Shown piece by piece: positions 22,560-33,952 of a stretch of 64,000 nucleotides of DNA (position 1 is its first letter; each line of letters begins with the position of its first letter). The translations under genes and the position numbers were made by a program. Below the pieces are notes generated by a model. The model saw only the letters and a list, made by a program, of their open reading frames with translations, ran no database searches and was not told the origin of the DNA. Source of the DNA: Raillietiella orientalis (taxonomy: Eukaryota); the NCBI GenBank assembly GCA_036172245.1, contig JAYWIR010000009.1, forward strand, positions 744,001 through 808,000. The letters are read 5' to 3'.

Positions 22560-25500
22560 TTTTTGAAGGAAAGCAGAAAAGAGTTCGAGGGGAAGATTTG
22601 CCGACACGCAGGTCCGCCTCCCCCAAAGTCCGGAATTGGTGGGAGAGGACAACAAATAAATGAATAAAGGAAGAGTAGTGACAGTGGTCTTTGACTCCTT
22701 TCTTCTCAGTACCGCCATCCAATGCTGGAGACCTTCATCCCGACTTCCTCCTTTAGGTGAGGTCACCCTGCAACTGTCCTCATGTAGGCGACTACTGAGC
22801 GACTGACCTCCCTTCTCTGCATCCCAGCTTCCAACACACGGCGGACTGTGACCGTAGCGCGGATGCAACATCTCGCTGCTTGTCGTGATTCCACGCCGCG
22901 AGAAGAATCGCAGCAAATCCATGGCTGTATCCACGGGAAGCAAAAGTGCCGAAGACAGCCTCCGATGCAGTTCGAAAAAGGCACCAACGATTCGATCGTC
23001 CCGCACCTGGAACCGTTCGGGGACGCACCTTCCCCGGAGGAGGCGCCGACGCCAGTTGAACTGGAAACCCCCGTGCAGAAATAGCAGCACCTCACGCTTG
23101 CACCTCGAGGGGATCGCCGAAGTGTCCACACACAAAGGAGCGACCGCTAGTTCTTCGAAGGACACACGCGAGGGCTCTTGCCACCGCGGTAACCCCATGA
23201 CCTGATACAACGTGGAGTAGTGGCGACAGCCACCAGCTCGCTCGCCTTTCGGTCGTCGAGGAGTTTGGTCGCTGGGCCACCGCCGCTGATTGCACCGCGG
23301 CAAGGGAGATGACGGCCACGGGAGTCCTCTTCATCGAGTCTGCAGGGCATCTTCCAGTGGAACGTTGAGAAGATTACGCAGGGGACGAAGTAGTTGCGGG
23401 CGAATCAATTGTATCCTCAGGTCCATCTGCCTCCAGGCATTCGAGTTGATTGGGCAGCAGGAGACCCAAGGACGAGCCCCCCGAAGAGGGAAGCCAAATC
23501 CCGGCATCCTGTGTCGCCGGAGAGGCAGCAACGAAAGGAGGTCTTCGCCTCCGACGCAGCACCGAACGATGGGGATGCTTGTGGTTCAGTGCTTCATGTC
23601 CACTCTTTTTGAATAGACGACCTCGCGTCGGGTCTGAAGACGTGTTGTCTCTGCATCCTGAGTGCGTCGCCTGGGAGGCGGACGACTAATCTTGGTGCAC
23701 CAACCTTAGTGAAAGCTAGAAAGGATCAATGGATCAGCGTCAGCGGTCGTCGGACCGGCGTGACCTCTTTGCCCGAGAACGAGGGATGGCGGCGTCCGCC
23801 GGCTCGCTCGTCGTGCGGCCGTCCGGGAGTTTCGTAACTCAAGCACCTTTGTGCCCACCCACCGGTCGGCCTCTGTCTCCGCTTGTCCTCGGGACAGGCA
23901 GCACCGCAGTAAGGGGCGTCACCGCCTCCTGATGCTAGGCAGACGGTCGCACGTAAACGGCAAATATGCCTTCCTGATGCAGGGGGGTGCACCGTCTCTG
24001 GACGCACTCATCCGCTACAGAGATCGCCGTGGTTCGGGCAACAGGAGCGGGAAGGATTGGAGCTTTTCGCGCCTGGAACAGTTCACAGGGACGTTCCCCC
24101 TAGCCCCAGCGGTAGTTGATGAGGAATAGGGGGGTAGGGAAAATGGTCTCACTTGCAACAGAGAGTAAAAGAGGGAGCCATCTTTATCGAGTGCAGGCTG
24201 CAGAAGACGCGTCGGCGGAACCACTGACTCCTCTCCTTGACCTCGGTTCAGGATTTTCTGCCTTGCCGACCTGCGAGTCGGTGACATATTGCTGCATCTC
24301 ATTTCCTTCCTTTTAACTGCAGGGTCCCGTGATCCGATGTTCTTCCTTTGCTTCTTTGTTTCTTTCCGGATGAGAAATGAACGCCCCTGAGTGACCCGGA
24401 GACGGTGGGTGGCTGTGAGCTTTGGTAAGGACAGGCCCAACGCAGCCGCTTGCTACCACTTTTCGGAAGGAGCGGCACATACCCTCTTGGAGGGTTAGCT
24501 GATCTTCTGGAAAGATTTCCAGAAAACGCTCCCAGCACTTTCATCCTTGGGAATGAGCTCGCGGGGTGGAACTGTCGTGCGGACCAGCTGTCTAGTGGAT
24601 CGAGGCGGCCGCTGCTGCTGCCTCGCAGGCGAATTTCCGGCGGCAGACAGCTGCTCTCTCTTGGGGCGAGGTTGGGCACCTTCGACTGAAGATCTGGGGC
24701 AGATGTCTCAGATCACCTTGGCTTGACGTTGCTGAGCTGAAAGCACGCGGTTCCCTTTTTCCGGCGTTTGGCTGAAGAACACTGGAACAGCGACGCTCCT
24801 TCATGTCTGATCGGGAAGGACGAAACCCGGTCTGCCAGTTGAGATGGGTAAGCAGACGCCGGAGGGATCGCTACAAACTCTCCTTCGGAAGCATTTTCAT
24901 CCTATTCATGGCTGCGGGACCCCGCGTTGGGGTCAGCAAAACGCATCACCTCACTCGTGCGAAACCGGCTTGAGCCGCGACCGAGTCCAATCATCGGTCG
25001 AGGGAAGGACTGACGAGTCATCTCGCCACACCCTGACTCTGGCATCAAGCGCAGCAGATGCTTCCGAGTGGCTCCCGAAGCCGAAAGAGAACCTCGTGAA
25101 ATTCACGTGCCCGACGTTGCACGGAGCGGTCTGGGGGGGCGCTTCTTTCAGAGGGGGCGCAAAGAAGGGGTCTGCTTTCCTGCATCTCAAAGACAAGAAC
25201 CGTGTCGTCGTCGAAGGAGGGTCGCCTCGGCAACGTTTGTCTTTAATGGCACGGAATTTCTCTTCGGCTTGTTTTCCTTGGAACCAATGAAAGAAGGCAA
25301 ACAGAAACTGGCAGATGACTCATCGTATCAGGGCCGCGCGCCCTCCTGGACTCAATGGCACATGAAGGAAGCGATTTGCCACGATCCAGCACGGCGATCA
25401 GGGAATGCCAATGTTCCGTAATCGCGCCGGATGAGGAATCTCCTGCAGGCTGCCGTGATGAATGGCTGGAAGGTCGTTCCCTACGCGGCGAGACGATGGC
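22560..25500 (-). mobile_element. Long decayed L1/Tx1-like ORF2 remnant (EN-like, RT-like, C-terminal region, 3' UTR)
   Basis: Motif remnants appear in the expected order on the minus strand: NFTRF...AALDAR (EN-like, ~25100), LNRGQGEESVVPPTRLLQPALD (RGxxQG..SP.LF-like, ~24220), MPGFGFP (GGLG-like, ~23500), RRLSSALLLPVD (C-terminal family match, ~22950), then the 3' UTR. Confidence 0.6.
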
Positions 25501-27399
25501 GCGCATCCGGGTGCAGCCTGGACCACCGCGCGCACTCCTGACGGCGACCCGTTCCCTTCCCGATCTCCTTCGTCGACGACGCAGGGAGGGACGTGGCGGT
25601 TCTCCGCCGCTTCCCCGGTCCGCCGCAGCAGCTTCGGGGGTCCGGGAAACGGAAAGGCTGGTCCGTCTCTCCCTGCTTCGCCTGCGCATCTTCCTTGCAC
25701 CGCTGTGGGGAAGACCCGCGCGCCGGTGTGAGGCCGCAGGCGGTTGCCGGGAGCACGCTCGGGTCAGCCCCGTCGTCTCGGAATCTTCCGATCAGGGGGC
25801 GTGCGGGCGTGCAGAACGCGTCCCGCCGGTGAACACCGCCACCTGGGAGATGCCAGAGGTGGTGCCGCCCCTCCCCCGCCCTGCTGACCTCTGCGGGGTC
25901 TCGGAGCGGCAGGATCGCGCAGGAGCGGGAACGACTCGCTCGCCCTGACCGTCCACGACAGAGGGTCGCGAAGAGCTGATTGGACGCCGTCGGCGAGTGG
26001 CGCTCTGCTCCGCTGCGCAGGCGCGCGTACGCCGGACGATCGTTCCCGAGGGTTGACCTCTATCGAGGAGTTGCAGCAGTGGCTTAACCCGCCTGAGCAC
26101 CGCGTTGCGGCCGAACGCCTCCCCTCGTCCTCCTGCAGGACAAAGCGGCGTCGGGGAGGGGAGGCAGCGCCGCCACGCTCTGGTGGCGAGGCGAGGCCGT
26201 CTTGCCACCGCCGCGAGGGAAGGTGCCCGATGGGCGCGCCCTGGGAGTCTGAGCGACGGGGGAGGGAGAGACTCTCGGGAGGCGGTAGCACCTCCAGCCT
26301 CCGGCATCTTCTTCGGCATGAGAGATGCGCCGTTAATCCTTTCCTCCCCCGAGAAGCCACGTGGTGGCGGGCGGAACCACGTCGAAGGAAGGAGCCGTCC
26401 GAGGACAGGTGGGCGGGGTCCCGTGAGCGTACCGCCGGTGGACTCCAGACGCTGGAGTCCCTCTCTTCCTCCAAAGAGGCACTGGAGGTCCTCCGAGCAT
26501 CTCCACCGAATTCTGTGAAAAGCCCCCACTCACCTCCCACTTTGCTTCTTTTTTTTTTTTTCTGCAGATAGGGACCACGTTTTCCGGACGTGTCCCAGTG
26601 CCCAGAGGACTTCTGAGAGAGTCCCGCGAGCATTGGCAGCGCCCCCGCGTGCGAAGAGCCCTGAAAAATCTTCGCCCCCTGCCCACGTGGCCCTCCCCGG
26701 GACCCCACTAAGAGACACCCTGAAGGAATGGACGAGGCGGGACAGCCCTGGCTCGAGGGCCAGCAATGGCGATGATGGCGGCCTACCGGCGGGAGGGCTC
26801 AGGAACGACGGAACTCCTGGACGGCCGGATGACGCGCGAGCTGGCGGATTCCATCGCCATTTTACGCTCCCGGGGAGGAGGGGCTGCCGGGTGCTCCCCT
26901 ACTCCCCGTTGGCGCATACTGCGCGGTGCGGAAGGCTCGGGAAGTCCAGGGGGACGTGCCAGGATTTCCTTTCTTCCGCGGGATCCGCGTTTCATCTTCC
27001 CAAAAGTTTCGGAACGGCTGGTCGGAGACGCTCCGAGTTCTCTCCCAGGGACTCTCCTCTGCTTCCTCGGGATACTTCGTCGCCGTTTTCGCGCCCTCCC
27101 CTTCCCTCTCCTCCTCCCTTGCTTCTTCCCGGATGTCCTCCTGGAGTTTTCTCCCCCGGCTCTCGGATCGCGGGTCGGAGAGGCGACCCTTCGCGAGCCG
27201 AGGAACAGACGAAGAAGGGATTGAGCCCGTCCGGGCAGCCCCGCTGCGGTCCGTCTGCCCTCCACCCCCACCCCAGCGAGCGAGCGTCTGGATCTTCAAG
27301 CGAGGAGTGTCTCACACCAGTGCCCGCCGGCGCCTCCAGCTGCCCTTCTTTCAGGTGCTCCCTTGAATGGCTGGCCCAGCCCTTCTCTCCCGTCGGGGT

Positions 27400-28420
27400 C
27401 TCGGCCAGCCCCCTTCCGCTCCCCGGCTTCTGTCCCGCATGAAATTGCGGCTGGTCACTCGGAGAATGACGTTCCACGCGCATGCCCCAAATATTTGGGG
27501 AACCCCCGCATTGTCGGGAGGGATAAACGCGCGCCCCAGACAAAAGCAGGAACACCCATAAAGCCTCGCCGAGTGAGAGGATTAAGAATCTGGCTAGCCG
27601 GACCCGCTCTCTTGTGCAACCGGAAGGGGAGGGGGAATGTTTCCCGAAAGTCATAGCCTCAGGGACTCCCCTTACACGTGGCACCCCTGGAGTGGCAGGC
27701 GGCTTGGGTGCGATCAGCTTCCTCCCTCTGTGTTTTGCGCCGCGACGGCCCATTGCCTTCGTCGACCACGTGCAGCTGCGGAAAGACAAAGGAAGGGGCG
27801 CGGGCGCCCTCGTCCGCCCACCCGACTCTGGAAGCCACCCGAGAGGCAGTGTCCATCTCGACATGCGGATGGGAGCTTTCGCGCTTAGCGGTGGTTCGAT
27901 CGCCTTCGGGAGCAGAGGATCCCTGGGTGCCGTGTGACTTCCAGTCGGAGACCTCGCGGTGCACCGGCAGGGTCTTTCCCGGGTGCTCTGGACAGTCCTG
28001 GCAGCGAGGTGCTGAGAAGGCCGTCGCACTTCGTCGACGGGGGTTCTCCCGAGCGTCACGGTCGCTAGTCGTCCCGGGACAAAAGGTCAGAGGTCAGCGT
28101 CTGCGCCGGGGCTCCGACCCATCTTTCGGCGAAAACGGTGCAGCTCTTTCTCGCGGTCTCTTGGCAAGCGCAGAGATCTTCGCGGTGCGTTTCTGAGCCC
28201 TGGAGCGATGCAGTTCTTCCGAGTGCCTTTCCGATCCTCGAGTTTCTTAGAGGTGGCTTGGGTGGTTCTCCACTCGGAGGGCTCAGCAGCAGCCCTCCCC
28301 CCTTCCGGAGGTGAACTTTCTTTCAAGCTTCTTGCCAGCTCTGGATGCAGCTGGGAGCCGGGAAGACGGCGCTTCCCTACCCGGTCTCCTGCTCCCGGTT
28401 CCCGAAGGCTCCGCATGCGA
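27400..28420 (-). mobile_element. Decayed LINE RT remnant
   Basis: On the minus strand, TPVDEVRR (pre-RT), VRGVPEA (RGVPQG-like, ~27670), FLILSLGEAL and ACAWNVIL (AYADDV-like, ~27475) occur in the correct order. Confidence 0.45.
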
Positions 28421-28678
28421 TCTTTTGGTTTTTACTGGAAAGGGGCGGAGAACGAGAAGCGGAGGGCGGAAAGGGCAATCCCACCGTGATCCCGCAGCCG
28501 TGCCGAACGCCTCGAGGACACGTTTCGATGCTTCGCGCCTCCTTCCGCGCGGCGCTCCGCTTCCCTCTCGTCCGGTTTCGAACCTGCAGAGGGCGTAGCG
28601 GGGCTCTGGGTTTTCACCCTCGGGGAGCGCTGAGCGGGATGCGCGCAACGCGGCCGATTTGCCTTCGCGGGGCGTCCT

Positions 28679-28846
28679 CTTGACTTTTGTGCCTCTCGGC
28701 GCCTTGCTCCCACGCTTGCTCGCGCTGGGTCGCCCAACCCACTTGTGCCGTTCCACACGACCTGACCACTCTGCTGCCGACAGGAGAGCCTCTGCCCCAG
28801 CACAAGCAAACGGGGGAGCAAGGCGCCGAGAGGAGCGAAAGCCAAG
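28679..28846. repeat. Imperfect ~51-bp inverted repeat with 66-nt spacer (hairpin / MITE-like)
   Basis: 28692-28729 matches the reverse complement of 28796-28833 at 34/38 positions; the outer 13 bp match at 9/13. Confidence 0.85.
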
Positions 28847-30207
28847 CTTGCCCCGATCTTATCCCGTCGCCACTGACAGGAAAGGAGGAACAGCGAGAAA
28901 AAAAATTGCTGCTCCTCGTGAGCACTGACAAACTTTTGTATCCAGAATTCAGTCCGAATTCCTCCTCTTCTTTTTTTTTCTTTTCGTGTGTGTGTGTTTT
29001 CCTTTCGAGAGCCAACTCTGCAGGGCGCTCGCCTCCGCCGGATCACGGGGCAGCGCTCGCGGCTCAACCCAGTCCCAGGTGGAACATCCCGCAGGGTGCG
29101 CAGTAGAGGCACCTTAAACTTGCGCGACGGGCGAAAATCCGGAACGGTCGAAGGAGAACCATGCTCGCTCTTGGCGACCTGAGGGCGACTTCCTGTTTCC
29201 GCGAAACAGCTTCCTCCTTGTCTCCTTCCAAGCCACAGATGAAGGGGGCCTTCCGGATGCCGGTGGATTGACCCTCTGACGCACGCCCTTCCACTTCTTC
29301 ACCGACCTTTCCTCCTCCTCCTTCCGTTCTCGCCCTCGTGCTGTTCCAGGAAAGAGGAAAAGTCCCATGGACGCTCTTCCCGCGCTTCGACGGCTAGGCG
29401 GCGAGGAGACTGCAAACCGTGCGATCGTAGCTGGCGTTTTCGCTTTTTCCTCCCTGCAGGCGCAAGCCCGTGGGGCTCGTATCTCGGCAACGGACGCTGG
29501 TGTGAGCGCCGGCACGAACACTTCCTGGAGATCCTCCTACTCGAGCTCCGTGCGCAAAGGGTGGTTGGACGTGGGAGCGCAGGAGACGCCCGCAATCCCT
29601 GAAGGTTTGGATCGCCCGGTGGAAGGTGGAGCGCGCACTCTCCCCAGGAGGCTTGGAGCGGCGGCGCTGAGAGTCGCAGAATGCCAAAGGCCGATCCTGC
29701 TCATGACGAAGAGGGCACCAGTCGTTCTGAGAGAAGAGGGCAGCAGTGAGGCAGCGCTTCCACGAGTGCATGGACGAGGGCAGGGTGGGCCTCACAGTCC
29801 GCGGCCGAAGGTAATGGCAGCAGCCCGAATGGAAGGGAACTCAGACTCTGCAGAGGCTAGAAGGTCGCTCCCTTCTCTTCAATCGTTCCTTTCTATCCTA
29901 TCGTCTCTTCCTCTCCCTATTCTTTCTTACCTGAATGCCCTGAGGACCTCTTGACCAGAGCCTGTGAAGCGATCGACCAGACCAGTCGCATTCGGAAGAC
30001 TTCCCTCTGGAACGTCTTCCCTTCCAGAGTCCCGCCTCCTGGATTAGGCGACCGTACCTCACCCAGGAGGCGCTGCTCTGATCTCCGGCGACGGAGGGAG
30101 ACGGAGTAACGTCCTTCGGACGTCACGGGGAACCTCCAGCATCCTGGCGGGGGGTCGATGGAACAGAGGAGAGAGCAAGCGGCTCCCAAGTGCGGCTACG
30201 CTGGGAT

Positions 30208-30397
30208 GTTAGCGTATCACCTCTAAATAAAATTCCATTATATTTTGTTATATAAAACAACCATTTTATTTAACTCATTAACATTCGAATATTAAATATA
30301 AATTTTCAATTAATTCCACTCTGATACAAAAGATAATTAATTTTAATACTTCATCATTATTTATTGACAATCCTTTTCAGTACTTTTCACTATCACT
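30208..30397 (-). pseudogene. rrnL: NUMT: fragment of the 5' part of mitochondrial large-subunit (16S) rRNA
   Basis: Abrupt, very AT-rich island. The minus strand reads GATAGTGAAAAGTACTGAAAAGGA...TATCTTTTGTATCAGAGT...CGAATGTTAATGAGTTAA...ACAAAATA...TTAGAGGTGATACGCTAAC. These match, in order, the metazoan rrnL landmarks AGTAC.G.AAGGA, TAYCTTKTGTATCAG, CGA...GAGYTA, CAAAAT and TAGAGGTGA. Confidence 0.8.
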
Positions 30398-30790
30398 TCC
30401 TCGGCCTTGGAGAGGTTGCTGCTTTTGCCACCACAGTCCCCGGGGACGCTTTCGCACCGTCTCCGGCGATCCGGAAGACTAGCGCTCCCGGGAAAAGGAG
30501 GGAAGGCTCGCAAGGCCACGAGGCTGCCCCGACAGAGATGCCTCTCCCCCCCTCCCTCTGAGGACACGCGTGCGTTGATGGTGGTCGCAATCGCAACGCT
30601 GCCTCAGCTGACCTGACGAGAGACGTCCCTCGCAAGCCGAGAGCTCAAAGATGGGCCTTCGATCGAAACCCCGACTGGAGGAGGAGGCCTCGAGGAGCGC
30701 GTCTCGATCCTGCTACGCATCAGCAGGAAATCCTCCGCAGCTGACCTGCTATCCTCGATTCCCACCTAGGTGGGCGTCCGAGACTCCTTG

Positions 30791-30822
30791 GGCCTTTTGG
30801 ATAAGATCGAAGTGTGGCTCTG
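30791..30822 (+). pseudogene. Possible short U2 snRNA 5' fragment
   Basis: GGCCTTTTGGATAAGATCGAAGTGTGG versus U2 GGCCTTTTGGCTAAGATCAAAGTGTAG (24/27, reference recalled from memory). It overlaps an RT-like peptide on the other strand, so it may be chance. Confidence 0.4.
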
Positions 30823-31329
30823 GGATTCCTCCTCGAGCGTCTGCGTCGGGCACCTTGTTCGTCCTCGTGCGGTCACAGGGGCGCAGTGATATCAAGAAGG
30901 GTCTTGCGTTTCTGGGCCGCACCGCTTGCGAGCGTCGGAGTCTGAGCACTGCAAGCGCAGCCGAGGTTGCATGTCTGCATATTGGATGGCGCGCGGAGGA
31001 CCGCCGGAGGAAGCACTCGAGGCCGTGGCGGGAGCTCAATCTGGGATAGGAAATAAATAAATAAATAAGCGGGTCGTTTTTCTTTCTTTTTTTTCCCGCT
31101 TCGTCCTAGAAACCCGTGGTCCCCCGAGATGGCTTCCCTTGCAATGCCTGAACCATGCGCGCATGCGTGAGGGACGGGCCGACCGCAGCTCGCTCACCGC
31201 CTCATCCTCGTCACGAGCCGGCGTGATCATGTGGGTTTTCCCCTGCATGGGGAGGGTAGGAGAAAGAGGAGGAAGGGGGGGAGAGAAAGGATTCTCTCAG
31301 GGAGACCACGATGCAGCACCCCTCCTCTC

Positions 31330-31560
31330 TCTTCCCCTTTCCCCGACGGCGAGCCGAATCGGGTCAACTGCACGGAGAAGGTCATCCAGTTCGGGATGGG
31401 CGCCTCCCGCAAAGCTCGGACGGTGGTGAGAGAGGTCAACACGAGTCGAGTTCCGGAGACAGAGATTTCCACGGAGGAGACCCCTCGAGTGCGGGGATCC
31501 TCTGTTGGATCTCCCCGTAGGGGGAGAGAGCGCATGAGCATCTCCGTTCTGCGCGGTCAC
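31330..31560 (-). mobile_element. Possible LINE ORF1 remnant
   Basis: VSGTRLVLTSLTTVRALREAPIPNWMTF resembles the GTRxV...IPxxL segment of L1/Tx1 ORF1. Confidence 0.3.
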
Positions 31561-33300
31561 CGGTCACATCCTACCGCGCTTCTCTGGCTGAGTACCGTAC
31601 GCACTCACGTACCTCATGCTCCCCAGCCCACAGGCACTTTGCACAAACAGTAGGCGTCGTTCCTCGGTCGCCATCGTCTCGTCCGTTGCTGTGAGCATCA
31701 AAAGCCGCGGTGATGTAGACCGGAACTGCAGTGTACGCCACGTCACGTACCGTGCCCCATGGACTTATTTAATGTAATGCATTTCCAATTCACAGGTGAA
31801 TCGCTAATGAACTCCGCTGCATCGCTCCAATGCACTCCATCACACAACGCACGAGAACGTGAGAAGCTTCGCCATGGATACTCCGACGCGAAGCATGGAG
31901 ACCGATGCGGTTTTATTTGCACACAATATATCTATCTATATAAATATATATTGAACTGGCTTATATACTTAATATGTGTATATATATTAATGTCTAAGTC
32001 ATACCTAGATTAGTGTATATGTATATATATATGTGTGTGTGTGTGCATACGTAATATACATTTGTAAGCCACCTGCATGTTACATGTGCTCTACTATTCG
32101 TGAAGATACGCGGCTCCAGTCGTTCGTGCTGAATATCCGGAGAGCATTTTTTTTTTTTTTTTTTTCTGTAAACCTGTGAAGCTGCGTCGAATTTTAATGC
32201 GAGTGTGGACCGCAGTTCCCTTTTGTGGGAGCGAAATTTTGAGTGAAAATCGAGTTGCCAGTGGAAGACTCCTTCTGCCCTTCCTCATTCAACCTCCTTT
32301 AATCACTGTTGGGCTCTGCGTTGTTAATAAATGCTTTGTAATGTGGATTGCGATTATGTGATTAATGCCTTTTGAAATTCGCCCAAGTCCACTGATCCGA
32401 CGTCTTTGTGACGTTTATGATCTGCGAGCTAGAAATTTTCTCTGGGTACCGTCTTTTCCAAAAGTTGCGTTTTGCATCTCTAATCGCATCGTAAAAGAAG
32501 TGCAAGAAAATCAAAAAAAAAAAAAAAAAGGAAGAAAAGGAAGAAGAGAAAAGAAAAAAAAACTTGCGAATGTGGGTCTCGAGACTAAGGGTCGATACGT
32601 CTTTTGTTAATTTATTCGTTTATTTATTTATTTCGTGGGCTCGAGGCTCGGAATCGGCTGAGGTTTCCCGGCTGGCAACCCTGCTCTGGCCACCATTTCC
32701 CTGACCTGGCAGAGCGTTCGGAAAATGGAAATGACCCGAGAGCAGAATTCAAGCGGAAGATGAGTTGAATGCTTTTTACCAAAGATGATCGCGTCCGTTA
32801 GTGCTCAAAATAAATACTGCCGCTGCATCTGAAAGGAGAAGAAAACAACCCCCCCTAAAAAAAAAAAAAAAAAAAAGAAAAAGAAAAAGAAAAAGAAAGA
32901 AACGAAAGGCAAGGAAGGATTCTCCCAAATTGAGATGTTCGATATCTGCTAATTTATCATGATGCTTTTCGTTTAGCAGCACGAAGATGAATAATCGCAA
33001 AACGCCGTAATCTGTGTTTTTTTAATAAATAGAAGCACGGATGGAAACAGAACTCGAGCACTTTCTCAAGCCAATAAATCTTCCCAGGTGCAATAAATTC
33101 GCCTTACATCGGAGCGTTCGGTTTATCTGGGAAGCCTGCGCTCGTGACGGCGCTTTTTAAAACCGGCGTTTAAAGCCGCGGAGTTCGTCTTTCACTTGGG
33201 AAAGCTCGCTTACATAAACTGTAGATGTTTCGGGGAGGAGGGAGGGGAGGGGAAAAGGTGGGGAGAGAGGGAAGTAGAGAGGAAGAAGCAATTTATTCGT

Positions 33301-33318
33301 TGATTGATAATCCGATTA
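33301..33318 (+). promoter_or_regulatory. Overlapping TGATTGAT (Exd/Pbx-Hox type) and TAATCCGATTA (P3 paired-class homeodomain palindrome) motifs
   Basis: TGATTGATAATCCGATTA read directly, in unique sequence. Function is inferred only. Confidence 0.35.
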
Positions 33319-33400
33319 GAAAATTTTCACAAAGGCCTCCTACATTTCTTCTCCGAAGCGGTCGCGACAGCATCGCTTTTTTTTTTCTTTCTTTCTTTCC

Positions 33401-33402
<2 letters not shown>

Positions 33403-33442
<40 letters not shown>

Positions 33443-33465
33443 TGCGTGCGCGCGCGCGTGTGTGC
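33403..33465. repeat. (TG)18 followed by mixed (TG)/(CG) alternating tract
   Basis: Read directly from the sequence. Confidence 0.9.
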
Positions 33466-33942
33466 TGCAGTGTGGAGGAGGACCTTCCTGCCTTTCAGAC
33501 AGAGGAGCGGGAGAATCCACCCCCGCACCCTGGCGTTCAGACAGATTGCCTGCCGTCGAGACGAGGGATTTGACTTCCGGTGACGACGTGCCTTCCTCCT
33601 TTTTCACCGGGGTGCACTTCCTTCGGAATCCGGAGCGCGCTCTTCCCCCCTCCCCTCTCCCTCTCTTCCGCGGTTTGGAAGCGCGCGAGAGAGCCGCCGC
33701 TATGGGTGGTTTCGCCGGCCGGTTGGCTGGCTGTCCCACATCTTCGCGCGCGCGCGCGCGCGTGCGTTCCTCTGCGGAATGCGGCGGCCCGCTCGGGTGC
33801 GACCGCACTCTCTCAGCGCGAACGCCCGCGACACGCACGCACAATCGATGGGATGGCTTCTTCTTCCCCCCCCCCCCCATCCTCCTTTCTCCTCCTCCCT
33901 CCCTCCCTCCCTCCCTCCCCCCACGCCCCGCTCAAGAGATGG

Positions 33943-33952
33943 CCATAAATCA
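33943..33952 (-). promoter_or_regulatory. Canonical Exd/Pbx-Hox composite site TGATTTATGG
   Basis: CCATAAATCA on the plus strand; motif match only. Confidence 0.3.

Larger units (their letters stand above)
29920..31030 (-). mobile_element. Decayed LINE RT-region remnant interrupted by a NUMT
   Basis: RHPICR (RPI-like), FDLIQKA (D..KA-like) and GRGISVG...PSLLF (RG..QG.P.SP.LF-like) occur in order on the minus strand. The matches are weak. Confidence 0.4.
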
